Shown here: positions 55,901 to 64,000 of the stretch, piece by piece
How positions within the stretch are numbered: position 1 is the first letter of the stretch
Layout: each line of letters starts with the position of its first letter
NCBI GenBank assembly: GCA_949358305.1
Contig: OX442314.1
Location: 26,598,001-26,662,000, forward strand
Reading direction: 5' to 3'
From: Strigamia acuminata
Taxonomy: Eukaryota
DNA: 64,000 nt
The notes under the pieces: model-generated
Seen by the model: only the letters and a program-made list of their open reading frames with translations
Databases searched by the model: none
What the model was told of the DNA's origin: nothing
Made by a program: the position numbers and the translations under genes

Positions 55901-57153
55901 ACAAGCCAAACCAGCATCAACAAAGACGATCTGGTTATGTGCCGCATAACATGACGAACCCCTGGGAAACGGTCAGCATCGATTTGATGGGACCAAAACC
56001 AGCGGGTAGATCACAACTTCAATGGATTTTAGTGGTCATTGATCACTGTACTAAGTGGGTGGAAGTGTTTGCACTAGCCACAGCTTCTAGTGAATGCATT
56101 GTCAATCGCTTAAGCGAAGTATTTCACCGATGGGGATACCCCAAAAAGATTATATCTGATAACGGAAGACAATTTGTGAGCACTGTTTTTGAAGAATTGT
56201 GTAAAAGGAATCACATCGACATTGCTCACGTCAGTCCGTATCACGCCGCTGCAAACATCACTGAGAGAGCCAATAGGGACCTCAAGATGTTACTTGCAGT
56301 TTATTCCGATGTGCACTCCCATTGGCCGAAATATTTAAACCATTTCGCCTTTTCAATGCACACAGCTAAAAGCGAAGCAACGAATACGTCACCGATGTTA
56401 CTTAACACGGGAAGGACTGTTCCATTGCCGTTCAATCCTCGCATAATAAAACATGCGATCAAGTTCGACAGAGCAAACCCGGAAGCCTATGTATTTGGCA
56501 TTCTGGAAGTGATCAAAAGAGCACACCAGGAAATGCATAGAAAGATACAGCGAAACTATGAAAAGCACGACAAAATACACAAAGATAAATATTATGTTTG
56601 TGATTTTGTTGTCGGAGATTTAGTGTGGAAAGCGACACACATCTTATCCAATAAAGATAAGGGAATCTCAGCAGGATTCGCCGAAAAGAGAAACGGACCG
56701 TGGGAAATCACGGCGATTCTCAGCGGCGGTAGCGCTTACGCTTTAAGGAAAATTTCTGATGGTTCCAAGGAACCATCAGTAAATATCCAGGATTTATCGC
56801 CTTACATCCCTTCCTACCCGATTGAGGAATGGACAATAGACCAAAGAGTAGGAACAAGCGGTCCTCATCCCACTCCCAAATGGATAGAGGAACACGCTAT
56901 TAATTCCGAGGAATTAATAAAGGAAAACGTCCCAATGCAAACTGAAGTTCCCGTAAAGAGTCGTAAAAACGAGATTCCTCAGAAATCTCGTAAGAAACGA
57001 AAATTGGAACCACGCACCGAAAGACCAAAGCGTGTTGCCAGACCTAACCCTAAATACGTAACCGATTTTGTGCAATTACTAAAATCATTACGTCAAAAAG
57101 AATGGACGGGATTTAAACCAAAGTCCCCTCGAATCAGGAAAATCCGAAATTAA
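52954..57153 (+). CDS. pol: Gypsy-B Pol (protease, RT, RNase H, integrase), intact; probably expressed by frameshift from ~52906
   Basis: LMDSGAT; RIPFGL and YLDD; LTDAS...ADALSR; H..GH..CPHC; SID/SDNG/TER triad; NGPW (GPY/F-like) motif. Confidence 0.95.
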   Translation: MSLDKATDTVSSEQPKNLTKGLTIPFLSDSKNSLDPLDMEIDFDLIPTLVQAISSTGGVNEGVESMTNQLKNLSIFHGNWNKYKIKNKFGKIKRSKLGKIFVPKDRVEKISKVYNSKSATRFIDDPRMNINIGGLNYNALMDSGATQCFIGIQLLSNTEIPVEFIQECPKGMRVCAVGIDHKPLGQVTLCVNWANKTKLTPTNFIILEKNVCGLILGHNFMRRTGINLNPLRAVFTCDFMPGWTAPYETTELNCSLAKLRTIDAKGDETHTPADWVERLVADCDSSDENKEKLRHVILSVQNAFRDKVGCTNIAKHTIKFKKDAKWKVQPYRMYNPAKKAIMTELVEELEADGLIEPSTGPYISHPVIVAKPNGTYRLCIDYRWLNAITEIDTIQMPSIDLLIHNTNQAKYFTSLDLTQGYHQMEMAEEDKSKTAFYTPKGKFQFKRIPFGLCNAPSSFQHLMSGVMGDALYKHALVYLDDIIIFSTSWKKHLEDIKDVLERLDKANLTINKAKSKFGRTSLKFLGHFITANGLLPDPDKTSAVRKFPTPTCSKDIQRFHGLSNFFRKFIPHHATISRPLTSIMHDPAKFIWGKEQINAFERIKDILCDKHQALHMPDMTKQFVVLTDASHDGLGAVLCQDVEVFDVKKQKMVLQPKPVAYASRVLRGAEVRYSTPELECLAVVWAVDRFRPYLEYITFTLESDAQALKWLMSTPEPSGRFGRWAVRIQCGAFKIEFRRGALNQVADALSRAPLSALDTPVDDYLEPEEITQFFPNWTGNRHLCLKPTDKRCATFSNLHVHFDDFPEAANADVSAISGEKGEDTDNCCKNKNATLYSALTDVLKEAPPTRREIIDAQLKDLECSKILVYLKATDEQKKEITDEYWLNIVQRYSLDEEEEDGGQMLIYFCPTYEEELNDSGNGFKAVIPRVLVKRALFACHGHPLTGHAGMSKTLEQAKLMYFWPKMRKDVRNYVRSCPHCQQYKPNQHQQRRSGYVPHNMTNPWETVSIDLMGPKPAGRSQLQWILVVIDHCTKWVEVFALATASSECIVNRLSEVFHRWGYPKKIISDNGRQFVSTVFEELCKRNHIDIAHVSPYHAAANITERANRDLKMLLAVYSDVHSHWPKYLNHFAFSMHTAKSEATNTSPMLLNTGRTVPLPFNPRIIKHAIKFDRANPEAYVFGILEVIKRAHQEMHRKIQRNYEKHDKIHKDKYYVCDFVVGDLVWKATHILSNKDKGISAGFAEKRNGPWEITAILSGGSAYALRKISDGSKEPSVNIQDLSPYIPSYPIEEWTIDQRVGTSGPHPTPKWIEEHAINSEELIKENVPMQTEVPVKSRKNEIPQKSRKKRKLEPRTERPKRVARPNPKYVTDFVQLLKSLRQKEWTGFKPKSPRIRKIRN

Positions 57154-58365
57154 AATTGTTAATTTTGAAAAAATCACGATCACCTAGTGAATAAATTTTC
57201 GAAGTTATTCACTAAGAAAAAAATTAAAGTTAAGTTTACACTGTTATTTACTAAAAATAATTCGTATAGAATAAAATTTTTGGACGTTACGAACGATTAA
57301 CAAATAAATTTTCGAATTTATTCAATAAATATTCGATTTCTTTCCAAGTTGTTATCTATTTTAATAACTCTCGCAAATTAATTTGAATTAAAGTGTCTAC
57401 CCCTGTGAATTAGTATCAAGTTCCAGGATGAGTAATTACGAGCCAATGAGAAGATTTCTCAAAATTAGGGTTGACCCCTAGTTAGAGAGTATTATGTCTC
57501 ACCTTCGTATTACTCAAAGCATGACACTTCACTTGACAAATCGCAACCATTGCCTTCGTCCAATTCTGCCGAGATTTTGAGTTCCGACACGTATTCAACC
57601 GTAAGTTTTCTCGAAAATTTAATATGAATACATGTTTACCTGACAGTTTGACTTTCTTTACAAGGAAAGTTCAATAATTTCGTCACCGACCCGTTGCCCC
57701 GTCAGCGACGAGTCCGTTTAATTGCGAAAAAGTTCGTCTGAAACTCGACTGAATAGTGCGTTCGACAACGTGTCCATTCGTAAGTTTCTTCGAAAAATTA
57801 TTTTAAGCATTCATTATATGACAGTTTGGTTTTTCTTTCAAGAAAAACCCGATTTTCGTCGCCGACTTTCGCCGGTTACGACCTGTGTCCTGCTCCACCG
57901 TTCACGAGTTCTTTTTTCGAAGCTTTCGCCGTTAAGGAACTGTAGTGGTAATGTTTAGAATTCATGTATAATTATATATATCGAACTAAAATTATGATTA
58001 CTTGTGATAAATAATTATTTGTGCTAAGAAATAATTATTTTCCTCGCTCAAATACGGTGGGTAAAGTTCCCAACTTTATCCACAGAGGGCGCTATTTGCC
58101 CCCACTCACGATTTGACAATTTTAACGTTGTTTTCCGAGACGTTTCGGTGAATTAATTTATTCAAACCCGAAATGGTTTTTATCATATGACTAAAGAACT
58201 CGAGTTTAGAGTAATATTTTTTGGAAATCATACCCGGTTCGATATAAATCAAAGAAATATTTGTTTTATTTATAAAATTAAATATTTGGACGAATTTTAT
58301 ACATGTTATGATTTGTATGAATATTATCACGAAATTTATACGTTTTTCTTCTTCATAATAGCATT

Positions 58366-59574
58366 ATGGATAAGAAAAACAAAAGAGGGCCGTCCAAGCG
58401 TCGCCACGTTCGCGGCGACGACTCCTCGGACTCGGATCCGCCTCCGCCTCCGCCCCCTGCGTACGCGGAACCCACTGATCGAGCTCGCGACGTGGAGATA
58501 TTCGCGCAATGGGTGGAGAGCAACCAGGGACTAGTCCCAAACTATATCCAGACTCTGTTAGGAGTAGGGGCCCGTGTACGTGAGGACCATTCTAGGAGCG
58601 ATTGCCACCAATCCCGTGATGGCACGTATACGGTGCGAATGCCAAAGGCTAGGACGGATCCTCGCTCACAATCGGAGTCAAGCGAGCGAGAACCTACTCG
58701 TCAAGTCCAAAAGACCAAGGCTGACCCACGCTCAGCTTCTGAATATGGCGAACGGGAACCATCCCGTCATGTTCAGGAGCGGCCCAAGAAACAAGACAGT
58801 TTCTCCCAGAATCAAGGATCCTCGAGCACCAAGTTCCCACGTGGATCTTCGACTCGCCCTTATTATCGCGGAGGACAACGAAGTCTAACGTATGACAACT
58901 ATCCTCAACGACGAGCTAGCACCTCAACTGAAGTACTGACTCGCGCTGCACAAGGTTTTGTTTTGGACCCCATCAAAAACAAACGAAAGGAAAAGGTTCT
59001 CCTGGACACGCAATCCGCTAACCCGGCTAGCTGTTTGATCCTTAAAGGAAATGAAGTGCCATGCCCGTTATGCAACGGTTGTGGCTGGATCACTGCAATC
59101 GTTGCAGGGATTCACGCCGTAGTGTGTAGCAACTGCGGAGGCTCGAAGCGCCGCTTCGCAAATAATCCGTGGGATTACGATGCAGCACCATTCGTGGTAA
59201 AGGGACTTTCCACCCCAATACCTAAACCGTGGGTGATTTGCAAAAGTTGCAAGTTGATTTTCAAGGACGATGATGAGGCCATTCTCATCTCCCCCGAAGA
59301 GATGAATCCAGTGGACACACCCTACGGTGGGTTCACAGAGAAACAGCCTGAACCTCGAGCTTCAGCGACTTTTACGAGCGCGAGTAAGTACCCAGGGACC
59401 TCTGCTACTTCGGTAGTACCGTCGCAAAGGACTGCTGTGGCTCAACCGCTGTCTTTCGAGCCAGCGATTAAGGAACTGCCTCTCCTGTGGTCGGATGCAT
59501 ATACGGCCACCGAGCCACCACCCAGCCAGTCAGGCTTGACCAACCAACCCATTCATGTCACTCTAACTGCCTGA
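58366..59574 (+). CDS. Gypsy-B ORF3, uncharacterised 402-aa protein with Cys-pair (CxxCxGxG-like) motifs
   Basis: Long GC-richer ORF 1.2 kb after pol. Basic N-terminus (MDKKNKRGPSKRRH), poly-Pro, and CPLCNGCG, CSNCGGSK, CKSC. No signal peptide or transmembrane segment is visible. Confidence 0.7.
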   Translation: MDKKNKRGPSKRRHVRGDDSSDSDPPPPPPPAYAEPTDRARDVEIFAQWVESNQGLVPNYIQTLLGVGARVREDHSRSDCHQSRDGTYTVRMPKARTDPRSQSESSEREPTRQVQKTKADPRSASEYGEREPSRHVQERPKKQDSFSQNQGSSSTKFPRGSSTRPYYRGGQRSLTYDNYPQRRASTSTEVLTRAAQGFVLDPIKNKRKEKVLLDTQSANPASCLILKGNEVPCPLCNGCGWITAIVAGIHAVVCSNCGGSKRRFANNPWDYDAAPFVVKGLSTPIPKPWVICKSCKLIFKDDDEAILISPEEMNPVDTPYGGFTEKQPEPRASATFTSASKYPGTSATSVVPSQRTAVAQPLSFEPAIKELPLLWSDAYTATEPPPSQSGLTNQPIHVTLTA

Positions 59575-60876
59575 TCTTCTATGGATTTGCTGTTTGGAGA
59601 GCCCCAGTAACTTTAATTGCCATATTTCAGCGATTTCTACAATGCTTACAAGTTTTGCACAAGGGATTGCATCAAAATAAGAAAATAGCAAGTAATACAA
59701 TTCAAAAATGGCGGAAAATTGATGACATAATCACTGATTGACTAATCAAACAAAGGCATGCTATGTGATATTAATTTTATCCATTTTTTTACATCAAACC
59801 TAAAATATTCTATACTTATGTCACCCCCATTTTTAAGGAAAATCACTGCCAAATTTATTTTTCTACAAAAGTTATAAACCTGTTAATTTTAAATGAATTC
59901 TAATGCCAAAATACATTTATTAAAAAATTGGTTTGATTCCAGATGAAGCACAAACAGAAATATTTTGAAAAAACTGATTATTCTATACTTATGGCGCGCA
60001 CCTTAGTTGTAATTTAATTTACAAATATAACACGATGCATGATTGCAAATGACCGACTCAAAAATCCGGTTCAAAAATGAATTTGTAAGTTCAAAAATGC
60101 AACAGTGGTAGTACTGCGGTTGTGAAGCGCTTTAACTTTCAGTCCTAGCACTTTGTCTGGGCTAAGAGAAGTTGATTGATTTAAATAAACACACATTTTG
60201 GTTTAAAATCGAAAATTGTTTATTAGTGGCTTCAGATTCGGGATTTCAGCGTCCGGGAGGTCGGAACTTGTTGGAAGCAATCGCAACTCAAAAGTGTTCA
60301 AAATCACGCTAGCGAACGTGCCATTGAGCCATTGTCGAGAGAATGTCTGCGGCGAGGCGAGAGAATGAGTGGAGAAAGATAAAGTGTCGAGAGAATCCTG
60401 CTTCATTGTCCAGTGGGACCTTGTTCTTGAACTAGGTGATGGTGGCAACTCCAATTGTTGGCAAAGCAAACTACAAGCCTACCAGCTTTGGACTGAAAAT
60501 GCAGTTATTTAAACTAAAATTTTAATTTGGAATTAGAGAATACTGGACCTTGGCCACAAATTAATCCAGTGCAATGAAGACCACTTGCAATAATTAGGGT
60601 CATCACCTACTGGAACTAGATTGCACTGAAATGGTTGTGTAATAAACTAAATCTTTGTTTATGAAATCGGATTTACATTTACAATCACATTTACATTTAC
60701 AAAAACCTTGTAATGGTTCGTTCGAATACATCCGCGAAAACTCATTTACAATACGAAACTATCATCGTCAACTTTTAATTTTTACTTTGTTTACAAATAT
60801 ACTTTATACGTAAAATAGAATTTTGTTATTTACAACTTTCCTGCGAAATGCATCACATCATTATTCCAAAGTGGGC

Positions 60877-63775
<2,899 letters not shown>

Positions 63776-64000
63776 TCATTATTTGAGTACGGATCTTTAA
63801 AAAAAAATATTATTATCATTAGGAGCATTGAATTAAAAGCAAAACAAGTACATTTCACCACAAAAAGTTGAATGTTTCCACCTTTAAATGCTATTTACAC
63901 GAGAAAACAAGCCTAAAAAATCCATTTTAAAGCCTAAAAACCCATTTTACACCTAAAATTGGGTCGCCATACTGCAAAATTGTTCTCACAATAGGATTTA

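Larger units (their letters stand above)
48621..59574 (+). mobile_element. Ty3/Gypsy LTR retrotransposon 'Gypsy-B' (5' LTR, gag, pol, ORF3; no 3' LTR in window)
   Basis: 379-bp LTR 48621-48999 with 10-bp inverted ends TGTGACGATG/CATCGTCACA, PBS, gag-pol and a downstream extra ORF. Membership of ORF3 is inferred from position. Confidence 0.88.

Noticed and set aside
58366..59574. ORF3 as a retroviral-like env
   Set aside because: No signal peptide, fusion peptide or transmembrane anchor visible.
60203..60560. GC-richer block with an 88-aa minus-strand ORF
   Set aside because: No recognisable domain or consistent exon structure.
59575..60870. Search for the Gypsy-B 3' LTR and PPT
   Set aside because: No copy of the 48621-48999 LTR found; only a Tc3-type TIR remnant near 59800-60003. 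The element is treated as 3'-truncated.

Overview
AT-rich, intron-containing eukaryotic DNA from an animal. It is most likely an arthropod-type genome, inferred from the divergent ionotropic receptors, stem-loop histone gene and short GT-AG introns. Host genes: a solitary divergent histone H2A; a tandem family of divergent ionotropic receptor (IR/iGluR-like) genes (two reading-frame-intact copies, two broken copies); a full CENP-C gene; tRNA-Pro(TGG); a lipocalin/ApoD-like gene with a partial duplicate; scrambled MFAP1 and ELOF1 relics; and the 3' part of glycogen debranching enzyme (AGL). About half the window is transposon-derived. It holds a young two-LTR Ty3/Gypsy element (Gypsy-A) inside a nested stack of DNA transposons in one IR intron, and a second Gypsy (Gypsy-B) with an extra non-env ORF and a foldback element in gag. 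It also holds an intact Tc3-like DD34E transposon, a BEL/Pao fragment, a solo LTR and several MITEs. The strongest leads are (i) a ~470-aa disordered Pol insert carrying multiple SxIP (EB1-binding-like) motifs and an AT-hook, (ii) a Gypsy ORF3 with DnaJ-type CxxCxGxG motifs preceded by apparent 5'-UTR introns, (iii) IRs apparently lacking the pore loop, and (iv) a fold-back MFAP1 palindrome. All calls were made by eye; no database searches were run.
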